Source: Dehalococcoidia bacterium | GTDB lineage: Bacteria; Chloroflexota; Dehalococcoidia; Lucifugimonadales; G963668185 | NCBI GenBank assembly: GCA_963668185.1 | Contig: OY764162.1 | Span: forward strand, 2,660,478 to 2,724,477 | Length of the DNA: 64,000 nucleotides | Reading direction: 5' to 3' | Shown: in pieces, positions 9,180-19,307 of the stretch | Layout: each line of letters starts with the position of its first letter | Numbering within the stretch: position 1 is the stretch's first letter | Made by a program: the position numbers and the translations under genes | The notes under the pieces: model-generated | What the model saw: only the letters and a program-made list of their open reading frames with translations | What the model was told of the DNA's origin: nothing | Database searches by the model: none

Positions 9180-11012
9180 GTGATGGACCACGGGCGGTAC
9201 ATTCCGGCGATGATCGCGGCCTGCGCACTGCTCGTCATCGTAACTGCATGCGGCACGAATGGCGACGACAGGGCGGTGGTCACACCCACGGCTGCGATTA
9301 AGGGCAATGGGACAACTATCGGCAGTTCAATCGACCCCACACCGACGGCTGATGCTGAGGAAAACGCCACAGAGGCTGGGAACTCGGTTGTCCCCACACC
9401 AACGGCTGATGCTGGTGGAGAGGCCGTAAGTTCGATCGAACCGATGCCAACCCCCATTGACATTGACCAGCTTCTGGCCGAGTTGTTTGCGAGCGACAAC
9501 ATCTCAGAATTAGAGACTTCGGGAGCCGTTACAGTGTCCCATAATCCGGCATGGAGTGTGCCGCCCTCGTTGGATGAGCAGATCTACTATTCGGATGTTA
9601 TCGCGCGCGCGTCGCTGAAATCTGCAACTTCGACGACAGAGAAAGTTGTCGGAGGGTATCAACCCGTGCATGAGTTGCGGTTCATCGTCCACGAGTACCT
9701 GAAGGGCAGCGGACCGTCCGAAATCCTGGTGGTCGCGCGCGGCGACGAGGACACGTACAAGACTGTCACGAAAGCACACGAAGTCGCTGGCTATACCATG
9801 TCTCGTCGAACCACAACGTGGGACAACCGTCAAGGTGTGCTCTTCCTGAGGACGCTCGACGGTTCGTCGAGATTTGTAGCTAGGTACGCCTCTGCAAACG
9901 CAACCGGAGCGGCGACCACCACGGCGTTTGCGATGTACTCGGGCGCCCCTTACGAAGGATGGTGGGAGCACACTGTCGATACGTTGAGCCGCGGGTGGTT
10001 GCCAGCAGGGGATGCCGCAGGTGGGAACTTGGAAGGTGGGGCGTCGGGCGCGTCCAGCGTGGTGTTCATCGAGGACGGCTCGAAGACGCCGTACTCCACG
10101 GTCACGTTAGGAGAGCTTAAGACCAAGATATCCGAGATGACGGCCACGCTGAAGGCAGGGAAGGACATTGCGGGGTACGAGGAGTGCATACGTCGCATGA
10201 TTGCGGGGGAGCGGAATTATCGCGCGACCAAGTGGGAACCACTGCAAATGAAAGTGTCTCTGGCTTCCGGTTCGTCGACCGGTACCGAGATCTTCAGGAG
10301 GAGAGATAACGATCGTGAACCGAAGTATCTAATTTACTACGTGACCGGCGCGGACAAGGACTACTTCCAGGCCCCCATCGTCGACGAGGACTCAGACTCG
10401 TCCAACGGGTACTTCTATACGCTCTCCACCACTCGCCCACTGCCCGCAGGGACGTACAACATCAAGCATCATCTGCGAAGTCCATGGCAGGTACCATGCA
10501 ACTTCAAGCCGGATCGCTCCAACTATGCGCAGTGGACGGTAACGGTCACCGCGCCGTCCGGCACGGTGCACGAGGCGTTCTTCGACCCGGCGTCTACGTC
10601 CCTCGGCGTCGGCGCGAGCGGCGGCGCGGGCGTCATCTCCCCGGCGTCGTTCAACGCCGGCGGCGCGACCACCACGATCACCCGGATCATAGTGTCGTTC
10701 GGCAGCATGGTCACCATGCAGATATCGCCGTCCGTGTCGCTGTCCGGCAAGCACGTCGAGTTCATCAAGGTGGACGGCACCATGGCGGCAAGGTTCTCGT
10801 TCGATAAGGGGGACCTGGGTGGCGGCATCGGCATCGACGGGTCCGGCGCTGGCAACGGCACCAGCACGGCGGCGGCGGTGACGGCGGAGGCGCAAGCGCA
10901 GATAGCGGCGGCGATGGCCGAAGCCCAGGCCACGGGAAGCAAGATGTACTTCTGGTTCGTGTCCAGCGCCCCGTGGCAGGCCGGGGATAAGCTGATGCTG
11001 CGGATACGGTAG
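9180..11012 (+). CDS. Lipoprotein of unknown function, paralog P2
   Basis: Lipobox VTAC; same architecture and near-identical C-terminal domain as P1. Confidence 0.85.
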   Translation: MMDHGRYIPAMIAACALLVIVTACGTNGDDRAVVTPTAAIKGNGTTIGSSIDPTPTADAEENATEAGNSVVPTPTADAGGEAVSSIEPMPTPIDIDQLLAELFASDNISELETSGAVTVSHNPAWSVPPSLDEQIYYSDVIARASLKSATSTTEKVVGGYQPVHELRFIVHEYLKGSGPSEILVVARGDEDTYKTVTKAHEVAGYTMSRRTTTWDNRQGVLFLRTLDGSSRFVARYASANATGAATTTAFAMYSGAPYEGWWEHTVDTLSRGWLPAGDAAGGNLEGGASGASSVVFIEDGSKTPYSTVTLGELKTKISEMTATLKAGKDIAGYEECIRRMIAGERNYRATKWEPLQMKVSLASGSSTGTEIFRRRDNDREPKYLIYYVTGADKDYFQAPIVDEDSDSSNGYFYTLSTTRPLPAGTYNIKHHLRSPWQVPCNFKPDRSNYAQWTVTVTAPSGTVHEAFFDPASTSLGVGASGGAGVISPASFNAGGATTTITRIIVSFGSMVTMQISPSVSLSGKHVEFIKVDGTMAARFSFDKGDLGGGIGIDGSGAGNGTSTAAAVTAEAQAQIAAAMAEAQATGSKMYFWFVSSAPWQAGDKLMLRIR

Positions 11013-11106
11013 GGGCCCATCTCAATCCTTCGAGGGACTCAGGGCATGCCTTCCCCAGCAGACTGGGGAAGAGGAGGGAGTCATGCTGCGGATACGGTAG
11101 GGGCGG

Positions 11107-11306
11107 CCTCACTGTCATTTCGAGCGCAGCGAGAAATCTTGGACCTCCCGCATGCCGCCAACCCCCGTCCCCGGCAAACCGCGCATTCGGCCAGGCCAGG
11201 ACGCATTCGGCAACAGGGCGTCTTGGATTCCCTTCGAGGGACTCAGGGCAGGCTCTCTCTCGCTTCGCTCGATCGGAATGACAGGGGGCGCGAGACAACA
11301 GCAATG
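11107..11306. repeat. About 200-bp REP-doublet-like leader, copy 2
   Basis: Homologous to 7046-7247, including the nested CTTCGAGGGACTCAGGGCAGGCTC module. Confidence 0.85.
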
Positions 11307-13127
11307 AAACGTTGCGGTTACGTCATCAGATTGCGGCGTTCTATCCTGCCGCCCCTCGCGTCCTGTGCGCTGTTGCTCATTGCCGCCGCGTGCGGTATGG
11401 GCGATAGTATGGTTTCTGACGGCGCAACACCAGTTCCTACAGCTACGGCTGAGGTTGAGGACGACGCCGGAGTGACCGGGGACACGATCGTCCCCACGCC
11501 TGTGGCTGAGGTTGAGGACGACAACGCAGCTTCCAGCGCAACACCTGTTCCCACACCGTCAACTGAAGCTGTGAACGAGAACGAGACTGAAGTGGACTCA
11601 GATGAAGTGTACGTGTACAGCGGAGGCCATACGCTCAAGAACCCCGCATGGTCTGTGCATCCCTCGCTGGACGAGCAGATCTTCAGGTCGGATGTGATCG
11701 TGCGTGCGACGTTGAAGTCGGCGACCTCGACGACGGAGAAGGTTGTTGGAGGATATAGGGCCGTGCATGAGTTGCGGTTCACCGTCCACGAGTACCTGAA
11801 GGGAAGCGGACCTTCCGAAATCCTGGTGGTCGTACGCGATAAGGAGGATGAGTACTCGCCGGACAGGTACGCCACAATAGCGAAGGCGCAGGAGGTGGCT
11901 GACAGTACCATGTCCCGTCGAAACACGGCCTGGGACGGACGCCAGGGGGTACTCTTCCTGAGTAAGCTTGATGGTTCCGGATATCTTGCTCGATATGCCG
12001 CTGCCACGTCCACGGCGTTTGCGATACGCACGGGTGCCCCTTACGAAGCGTGGTGGGACTACTCGGTCGATACGCTGAGCCGCGGGTGGCTGCCCGCGGA
12101 GAAGGCAGGCGGAAGCTCGGAAGGCGGGGCGTCGGGTGCGGCCAGTGTGGCGTTCGTCTCGGGTGGCTCCGGGTTCGTCACTGCCGGCGGCTCGATGACA
12201 GCGTACTCTACTGTCACTTCGTGGGAAATCAAGTCACGCATAGCCCAGATGGCGGCCACGCTGAAGGCCGGGCATGGCATCGCCGGGTACAGAGAGTGCA
12301 TTAACAACAAGATCACGCGGGAGCGTGTGTATCGCGCCAGAGTATCGTGGGCACCGACACAGTACACAGCGACGCTGCCCTCCGGTTCGGCGACAGGAAC
12401 AGAGGTGTATAGGAAACGGAAGACGTCCGCAGAGCCGAAGTACATCCAGTACTATGTGACCGGCGCGGACAAAGACCACTTCCATGCCCCGATCGTTGAT
12501 GAGGACTCCAGTGCGTATAACGGGTACTTCCGCACGCTTACCATCGCACGCCCGCTGCCAGCAGGCACGTACAGCGTCAAGTATCACATGTGGCATTTCG
12601 ACTATTTTCCTTGTAATTACAAGCCGGATAACAACTACTCGGAATGGACCGTAACGGTCACCGCGCCCTCCGGCACGGTACATGAGGCGTTCTTCGACCC
12701 GGCGTCTACGTCCCTCGGCATCGGGGCTAGCGGCGGTCAGGGCACCGTCTCCCCGGCGTCGTTCAACGTCGGCGGCGCGACTACCACGATCACGCGGATA
12801 GTAGTGTCGCTCGGCAGCATGGTGTCCATGTCGGTATCGCCGTCCGTGTCGCTGTCCGGCAAGCACGTCGAGTTCATCAAGGTGGACGGCACCATGGCGG
12901 CAAGGCTCTCGTTCGACGCGGGGGACCTCAAGGGCGGCATCGGCATCGGCGGGGCCGGCTCCGACACAGGCACCAGCACGGCGGAGGCGGGGGTGTCGGC
13001 GGAGGCGCACGCGGAGATAGCCGCGGCGATGGCGGAGGCGCAGGCCACGGGAAGCAAGATGTACTTCTGGTTCGTGTCCAGCGCCCCGTGGAAGGCGGGG
13101 GACAAGCTCATGCTGCGGATCCGGTAG
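11304..13127 (+). CDS. Lipoprotein of unknown function, paralog P3
   Basis: Start at ATG 11304 by homology to the P1 leader; lipobox AAAC; same architecture. Confidence 0.85.
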   Translation: MKRCGYVIRLRRSILPPLASCALLLIAAACGMGDSMVSDGATPVPTATAEVEDDAGVTGDTIVPTPVAEVEDDNAASSATPVPTPSTEAVNENETEVDSDEVYVYSGGHTLKNPAWSVHPSLDEQIFRSDVIVRATLKSATSTTEKVVGGYRAVHELRFTVHEYLKGSGPSEILVVVRDKEDEYSPDRYATIAKAQEVADSTMSRRNTAWDGRQGVLFLSKLDGSGYLARYAAATSTAFAIRTGAPYEAWWDYSVDTLSRGWLPAEKAGGSSEGGASGAASVAFVSGGSGFVTAGGSMTAYSTVTSWEIKSRIAQMAATLKAGHGIAGYRECINNKITRERVYRARVSWAPTQYTATLPSGSATGTEVYRKRKTSAEPKYIQYYVTGADKDHFHAPIVDEDSSAYNGYFRTLTIARPLPAGTYSVKYHMWHFDYFPCNYKPDNNYSEWTVTVTAPSGTVHEAFFDPASTSLGIGASGGQGTVSPASFNVGGATTTITRIVVSLGSMVSMSVSPSVSLSGKHVEFIKVDGTMAARLSFDAGDLKGGIGIGGAGSDTGTSTAEAGVSAEAHAEIAAAMAEAQATGSKMYFWFVSSAPWKAGDKLMLRIR

Positions 13128-13209
13128 GCGGGGCCGGCTTCTGCGCCTGCGCTACAATGCAGGTGTCGGAGCGGGACATTCGCTTTCGCGCAGACGTCGG
13201 AAGGGGACG

Positions 13210-14988
13210 ATGCTCTACATGCGGCACATTCTGGCGGCGACCGTGTGCTGTGCCCTAGTGGTTGCCATAGCTGCGTGCGGCACGGACGCCGATGGCGCCA
13301 CGCCTGCCGCTGGCGTCGAGGCTGGCCCAGCCTCGCCTAGCTCCACTTTCGCCACACCCACGGCTGAAGTCGAGGCAGATGAGGGTACTTCAGAGAGTTC
13401 GGTGATCTATTCGCCAGCCCCGTATGATGAAAGCGAGTCCTCTTCAGCGGACCCAGACGATGATGAGGGCGAGACTGAAGTGTACCAAACCCACGCACAC
13501 CGGAGCCCAGCGTCCTTTGCCTCGGCCTCGCTGGATGAGCAGATATACTATTCGGACGTGATAGCGCGCGCGACGCTGAAGTCGGCGACTTCGACGGCAG
13601 AGACTGTCCTTGGCGAAGGCGGCTCTGCCGCCACGTATCGGCCCGTGCAGGAGCTTCGATTCACCGTACACGAGTACCTGAAGGGAAGGGGGCAGTCCGA
13701 GGTATTGGTTGTCGTGCGTGGGGACAGGACGTACGCAACTGCCGCGACGGCGCGCGAGGAGGTGGACTTTGCCATGTTGTTCCGAAACACGACCTGGGAC
13801 AACCGCCAGGGAGTGCTCTTCCTGAGGACGCTCGACGGTTCGTCTAGATTTGTGGCTCGGTACACCTCTGCCAACGCAACCGGAGCAGCGACCACTTCCG
13901 CATTCGCGATGTACACGGGCTCCACTTACGAAGAGTGGTGGGACTATACCGTCGATGGGCTCAGCCGCGGGTGGCTGCCCGCCGGAGACGCTGCGGCATC
14001 TGGAAGCTCGGACGGGGTATCGGGCGCGGCCAGCGTGTCGTTCATAGAGGACGGCTCGGAGACGCCGTACTCTACAGTCACGTTGGGGAAGCTTAAGACC
14101 AAGATAGCTGAGATGGCGGCCACGCTGAAGGCCGGCGAGGGCATCGCAGGGTACGAAGAGTGCATGAAGATAAGATTTCGGCGTGAGAGGATACGCCGCA
14201 TAAATCCATGGACACCGCTTCAGTACAAGGCGACGCTGGCCTCCGGTTCGGCGACCGGGACAGAGGTCTTCAGAGAACGGAAAACCACTCCAGAGCCGAA
14301 GTATCTCCACTACTACGTGACCGGCGCTGACAAGGACTACTTCCAAGCCCCCATCGTCGATGAGGACTCAGACCCGTACAACGGGTACTTCCGCACGCTC
14401 TCCACCACCCGCCCACTGCCAGCAGGGACGTACAGCGTCAAGTTTAACTTACAGCATTACAAACACTTCCCCTGTAACTTCAAGCCGGATGACGCGTACG
14501 ATCAGTGGACGGTAACGGTCACCGCCCCCTCCGGCACGGTGCATGAGGCGTTCTTCGATCCGGCGTCCACGTTCTTGGGCGTCGGCGCGAGCGGCGGCGC
14601 GGGCGTCATCTCCCCCGCGTCCTTCAACGTCGGCGGCGCGACCGCCACGATCACGCGGATAGTAGTGTCGTTCGGCAGCATGGTCTCCATGCAGATATCG
14701 CCGTCCGTCTCGCTGTCCGGCAAGCACATCGAGTTCATCAAGGTGGACGGCACAGTGGCGGCAAGGCTCTCGTTCGATAAGGGGGACCTCAAGGGCGGCA
14801 TCGGCATCGGCGGGGCCAGCGCTGGCAACGGCACCAGCACGGCGGAGGCGGCGGTGTCGGCGGCGGCGCACGCGGAGATAGCCGCGGCAATGGCCGAGGC
14901 GCAGGCCACGGGAAGCAAGATGTACTTCTGGTTCGTGTCCAGCGCCCCGTGGAAGGCGGGGGACAAGCTCATGCTCCGTATCCGGTGA
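13210..14988 (+). CDS. Lipoprotein of unknown function, paralog P4
   Basis: Lipobox IAAC; same architecture. Confidence 0.85.
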   Translation: MLYMRHILAATVCCALVVAIAACGTDADGATPAAGVEAGPASPSSTFATPTAEVEADEGTSESSVIYSPAPYDESESSSADPDDDEGETEVYQTHAHRSPASFASASLDEQIYYSDVIARATLKSATSTAETVLGEGGSAATYRPVQELRFTVHEYLKGRGQSEVLVVVRGDRTYATAATAREEVDFAMLFRNTTWDNRQGVLFLRTLDGSSRFVARYTSANATGAATTSAFAMYTGSTYEEWWDYTVDGLSRGWLPAGDAAASGSSDGVSGAASVSFIEDGSETPYSTVTLGKLKTKIAEMAATLKAGEGIAGYEECMKIRFRRERIRRINPWTPLQYKATLASGSATGTEVFRERKTTPEPKYLHYYVTGADKDYFQAPIVDEDSDPYNGYFRTLSTTRPLPAGTYSVKFNLQHYKHFPCNFKPDDAYDQWTVTVTAPSGTVHEAFFDPASTFLGVGASGGAGVISPASFNVGGATATITRIVVSFGSMVSMQISPSVSLSGKHIEFIKVDGTVAARLSFDKGDLKGGIGIGGASAGNGTSTAEAAVSAAAHAEIAAAMAEAQATGSKMYFWFVSSAPWKAGDKLMLRIR

Positions 14989-14989
14989 G

Positions 14990-15130
14990 GCCCCATCTCA
15001 ATCTTCCCCAGCAGACTGGGGAAGAGGCCAGAGGCCCCACCCGGGCCACCCCTTGATTCCGGCCTTCGCCGGAATGACGATGGGGATAGGAGATTGGCGG
15101 TAGGCTCCAGCAGACTGGGGAAGGGGGCAG
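14990..15130. repeat. Repeat cluster between P4 and the ThDP gene
   Basis: Reversed CTTCCCCAGTCTGCTGGGGAAG copies (about 15004 and 15106) and reversed CGTCATTCCGGCGAAGGCCGGAATC (about 15055-15080). Confidence 0.75.
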
Positions 15131-15143
15131 AGGCCCCGGCCCC

Positions 15144-16862
15144 CTATGACCCCGTCATCTTGTACTGTGGCGCCACGCTGCCGCCTTCCGGGATTCCCAT
15201 GGGCATCCGCACGTCCAGGAGCATCGGGCGGCCCTCACGCGCTACGGTTTCCAGCGACTCGCTGATCGTGCTCTCCACGCTCGCCTCGTCGGTCACGCGC
15301 CGGCCCTCGACGCCGAACGCGTCGGCGATCGCCGCGGGGTCCATGCCCTGGAGCGCGACGAAGTTGTAGTCCCCGTTCCGGCTCATGAGTCCGCCTGAGC
15401 CTTGGAAGGAGTTGGCCACGATGCCGTAAGACTCGTTGTTGGGTATCACGTAAAGCACGGGTACGCCGTGATGGGCTGCCGTCCACATCGCCGAGTCCGC
15501 GTAGTAGAGCGAGCCGTCGCCCACGAGGCCGGCGACCGGCTTGTCGGGCGCGCCGAGCTTGGCTCCGACCGCCGCACCTACGCCGTACCCTTCCGAGCCT
15601 CCGGCCGGGCTGATGTAAACGTTGTTCCCGCCGTTTCCGCCCAGGATCTCGATGGGCGTTGCGAACTGCTCCATCGTGATGAGCCCGCCGCCCTGCTTCT
15701 CCATAGCCGCGTCGAGGGCGTCGGCCAGCACCCAGCCTCGCACCTTGTCCTGCTCCGGGCCTCTGCGCTGGGCGTCGCGCCGCCTTTCGCTTCGGACGTT
15801 TGCCGCGGCCTGCCGCGCCTTCTCCCGCCTCTCCTCGGCGTTTGACGGCGCGAGCTCTCCTTCGAGCAGTTCGTTGAGTCGCTCGACTGTCCGCAGTTCG
15901 TCGGCCAGTATCGCCAAGTCCAGGCCGGGGACGTTCTTCAGGTGGTCGATGCCTGAGCCGACGGCGAACGTCCTGTCCGCCCCTGCGTACGCCTGGTAGT
16001 GGTCGGCGCTCCATACCTTCGTCGGCCGGGTCCCGATGAAGGCGATGCAGTCCGGCTGCCACTCCTGGATCACCGAGTCGACCCGCCTCCCCGTATGCAG
16101 CGGGTGCTTGATCGAAACGCTTCTCATGTCGCCCGCAACAACGGCGCCCGCGTTGATCGCTAGCGCCGTCGTGGCCGCCTCGGCCCCGCTCTTCCACACG
16201 CCGTCGCCCACGCAGATCAGCGGTCGTTCAGCCCCTTGCAGGTACTGTGCGGCCTCCAGAAGATCGTCGTCCGAAGGCATGCCCGCTCTCACCTGCGGGA
16301 ACGGGCCCTCGGCGATCGTGGCGGTGGTCTGCGCATGACCCAGCAGCCGGTCGTACACCGCCAGGTGCACTGGCCCCACGGGCGGCGTCAGGGCCACTCG
16401 GATCGCCCGCTCCACCGCAGGAGCCAGCCCTTCGGCCTCGATCACCGTCCAGTTCGCCTTGGTGAACGGGGCCGAGATTGCCGTCGGCCCCACATTGTGG
16501 GTTACGTCCAGCTCCACGTAGTCGCCCCTGCTGCCCGTGTCGCCTACGAAGGTGATGATCACCACCGGCAGGCTGCCGCCCCAGACGTTGATGAGCTGCC
16601 CCAGGCACTGGGCGAGCCCGGCCCCAAGATGCACCGTCATAACTGCCGCGCCCTTTGAAGCCTGCGCGAAACCGCCGGCCGTGGCGGTCACGGAGCCTTC
16701 GTGCAGGCTGACGATGCCGTGAATGTCCGGATTCGAGTGAATCGCATCGAAGAACAGGGCTTCCCTGGAGCCGGGATTGTTGAAGACGTACTTGACGCCG
16801 CTGGCAACCAACTGCTCCACGATCACTTGGCACGGGTTGCCGGTGAACTGCCTTGAATCCAT
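15144..16862 (-). CDS. Thiamine pyrophosphate-dependent enzyme (benzoylformate decarboxylase/acetolactate synthase-like)
   Basis: VFNNPGSRE, LHEG catalytic Glu, ThDP motif GDGS...NNESYG; start placed at MDSRQF. Confidence 0.9.
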   Translation of the reverse strand: MDSRQFTGNPCQVIVEQLVASGVKYVFNNPGSREALFFDAIHSNPDIHGIVSLHEGSVTATAGGFAQASKGAAVMTVHLGAGLAQCLGQLINVWGGSLPVVIITFVGDTGSRGDYVELDVTHNVGPTAISAPFTKANWTVIEAEGLAPAVERAIRVALTPPVGPVHLAVYDRLLGHAQTTATIAEGPFPQVRAGMPSDDDLLEAAQYLQGAERPLICVGDGVWKSGAEAATTALAINAGAVVAGDMRSVSIKHPLHTGRRVDSVIQEWQPDCIAFIGTRPTKVWSADHYQAYAGADRTFAVGSGIDHLKNVPGLDLAILADELRTVERLNELLEGELAPSNAEERREKARQAAANVRSERRRDAQRRGPEQDKVRGWVLADALDAAMEKQGGGLITMEQFATPIEILGGNGGNNVYISPAGGSEGYGVGAAVGAKLGAPDKPVAGLVGDGSLYYADSAMWTAAHHGVPVLYVIPNNESYGIVANSFQGSGGLMSRNGDYNFVALQGMDPAAIADAFGVEGRRVTDEASVESTISESLETVAREGRPMLLDVRMPMGIPEGGSVAPQYKMTGS

Positions 16863-16945
16863 GAGTGTTTCCTCCAATCGTCGGGCCGGTGTTGCTGGAG
16901 ATGTTACGCGATTTCCGCTCGCTCGGCCCCCTTTTCGTCGAATCG

Positions 16946-18256
16946 TCACTCCAACTTCAGTATGGACGGATAGACTCTGACGAGGACTACCGTGTACACG
17001 GCCAGGGCTACCGAGCCGATGAACGTCGAGACCTGGACGCCGTACCACTCCGCCAGCGCGCCTGCCAGCAAAGCCGTAACGGGGAAGCCGCCCCACGTGG
17101 CCATCGAAAGTCCGGCGATCCGCCCGCGCATGTTGTCCGGGACGATCGCCTGTATGGCCCCGTTTGTGGCCGTGTAGAAGAAGCCCTGCGACCCGTTCAC
17201 CACCGTGAGCAGTATCATTCCGGCGATGAACCAGGGCAGAAGGGACACGGCGGCCATCGCTACCGTCGCGACGGCGGTCACCAGCAGGATCATCACTCCC
17301 CTGCGCCTGACGTTGCTGAGCGTGGCCAGCAGCGCGGCTCCAATCAGCATCCCCAGACCGCCGGTCAGGTAGAGGAGCCCAAGCCCGGACGGGCCTACGT
17401 TGTACACCTCTGCCGCATAGACGGGCAGCAGGCCCGCGATGAACGGGTACATGAACAACGGGGCCGAAAGCTGTAGGACCAGCAGAGCCAGCACGTTCGG
17501 GTTACCCTTGACGTACTTCGCCCCCTCGATCAGGCCCGCGATGGCTTCCGAAGGCCTGGGCTTTGGCTCGCCGGAAACGCGCACTCGTATCGTCAGGGCG
17601 ATCGCGGCGGCGATGAAGAACAGGACCGCCTCGGCAATGAGCGTCGGGCCCCCGCCTGCGTACTCGATCATCAGCCCGCCCAACGCGGGAATCGCCAGGC
17701 GCGTGGAAGCTCTGCCCATATTGGAAAGGGCGAACGCGTTGATCAGGCCTTTCCTGGGCACGCTGTTCGCGATAATCGAAGCGACCGCCGGCTCGTTAAC
17801 CGTCCAGGAGAAGCCCACGAGGAGCATGAACGCGATTATCTGGGCCTCGGCTACGTATCCGGTGATTACTCCCAGGCCAAGGGCCGCGGCCAGTCCGCCC
17901 TGGTAAGCGTAGATCGCCGCCAGCACCTTGCGGCGGTCCATGGCGTCCACCAGGAACCCGCCGAACGGGGACATGATGAGGAGCGGCACCGCCTCCAGGC
18001 TGGCCACGAGGCTGGTTATGAACGGCGACTTCGTAACGTCGTAGATCAGCCAGCCGATGACGACCTGCTGGAGAAAGTAACCCCCGCCCGCAAGTGAGAT
18101 GGTGACGAACAGCAACCTGAACGCGCCGAAGCGGAACGCCTCGAATGTTTGGGCAAGCGCCGGCAGGCCGGGGAACCTCGCTCTCGGCGCGTTCGGGAGC
18201 GCCTCCTCGCCCGGTGTCTGAGGCGGCTGGGGCGGAGTGGACGTGGTGTCTGCCAT
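16946..18256 (-). CDS. MFS transporter
   Basis: About 12 hydrophobic segments, GFLVDAMDRRKV motif A, DMRGRIAG. Confidence 0.9.
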   Translation of the reverse strand: MADTTSTPPQPPQTPGEEALPNAPRARFPGLPALAQTFEAFRFGAFRLLFVTISLAGGGYFLQQVVIGWLIYDVTKSPFITSLVASLEAVPLLIMSPFGGFLVDAMDRRKVLAAIYAYQGGLAAALGLGVITGYVAEAQIIAFMLLVGFSWTVNEPAVASIIANSVPRKGLINAFALSNMGRASTRLAIPALGGLMIEYAGGGPTLIAEAVLFFIAAAIALTIRVRVSGEPKPRPSEAIAGLIEGAKYVKGNPNVLALLVLQLSAPLFMYPFIAGLLPVYAAEVYNVGPSGLGLLYLTGGLGMLIGAALLATLSNVRRRGVMILLVTAVATVAMAAVSLLPWFIAGMILLTVVNGSQGFFYTATNGAIQAIVPDNMRGRIAGLSMATWGGFPVTALLAGALAEWYGVQVSTFIGSVALAVYTVVLVRVYPSILKLE

Positions 18257-18317
18257 TAGAGTTGGCGAATTATAAGTCGGAGCGTGTCCGTGCGGGCGAG
18301 ATCTTCAGATAAAGGCG

Positions 18318-19142
18318 CTAGGAGAACAGTGCGGCGGCCTCGGCCTCGCACCTTCTCCGCTCGGCGTCGGTCAGCGGCTCGTACGTCGAGGCCGTCTCGA
18401 CGTTCGACACGATCCTGTCCGGATAGCGCGCTCCCGGTATGGCTACCGATACCCTCGGGTCTGAGAGCACGTACCGGAGCAGCATGGACGGGGTCAGGAA
18501 CTCGTTGGCGTTCTCGCTGCTCATCCGGTTCCGTATCGCGCTCGTCCTCCCGGAGCCGCCGAGCGGCCTCATCACTATGACGCCAACATCCTCTTGCTCC
18601 GCTAGGGCCAGCAAAGGCTCGGACTCGGTGTAGAACGCGGAGTACTCCAGCATGACTGCGCCAAACTCGCCGGATCTGATCGCCCGCTCGACGATATCGA
18701 GGCTGTGCGAGGACACCGCGATGTGGCCGATCAGGCCCCTGTACTGCGCGACCTTCAGCCCGTTGAGCGCGCCGTCTTCGGCCATGACCTCGTCCCAGGC
18801 CTCCTGCGTGGAAACGTCGTGCAGATGGTAGAGCGCGATGTGCCTGCTGCCGAGGACGCTCAGGCTCCGGTCCACGTCGTACTGGACGCCGTTGATCCCC
18901 CGGCTCATAGACTTGGTTGACACGTACACGCCCGCGTCGCCTCGCTCGCGAAGCACCTGCCCCAGCAGGTACTCGCTGCCCTCGTACTCGCGGCCGGAGT
19001 CGATGAAGTTGATGCCCAGGTCAAGGGCTGTCTGTATGGTCGTCGAGCCTTCAGGGATCTGGGGCGTGTCCATCGCGCCCAGTCCCAGTTCGGTCACCAT
19101 CAGGCCGGTCTTTCCCAGCCGGCGCTCTTTAATGCGAGACAA
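18318..19142 (-). CDS. Aldo/keto reductase
   Basis: RRLGKTG...LGLG, FIDSGREY, STK, LYHLH, IAVSSH; TTG start after AAGGAGGT. Confidence 0.88.
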   Translation of the reverse strand: MSRIKERRLGKTGLMVTELGLGAMDTPQIPEGSTTIQTALDLGINFIDSGREYEGSEYLLGQVLRERGDAGVYVSTKSMSRGINGVQYDVDRSLSVLGSRHIALYHLHDVSTQEAWDEVMAEDGALNGLKVAQYRGLIGHIAVSSHSLDIVERAIRSGEFGAVMLEYSAFYTESEPLLALAEQEDVGVIVMRPLGGSGRTSAIRNRMSSENANEFLTPSMLLRYVLSDPRVSVAIPGARYPDRIVSNVETASTYEPLTDAERRRCEAEAAALFS

Positions 19143-19307
19143 GGCGCCACCTCCTTGTCGGCGTCCAGGTCCGGGCCGTGGACGCAAGCATAGCGCGAAC
19201 CGCGGCTCTGCGGACGCCGAAATGGGACGTAATTCATCCCAATTCCTGTTCGCGGTATTCAATCATCGGCTAGAATCGGGCGCAGCCGTTCGCAGAGGTG
19301 AAACTGG

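Noticed and set aside
7245-14988. Diversity-generating retroelement or invertase shufflon acting on the lipoproteins
   Set aside because: No reverse transcriptase or recombinase in the window, no non-coding template repeat, differences not confined to adenines, all genes co-oriented and complete
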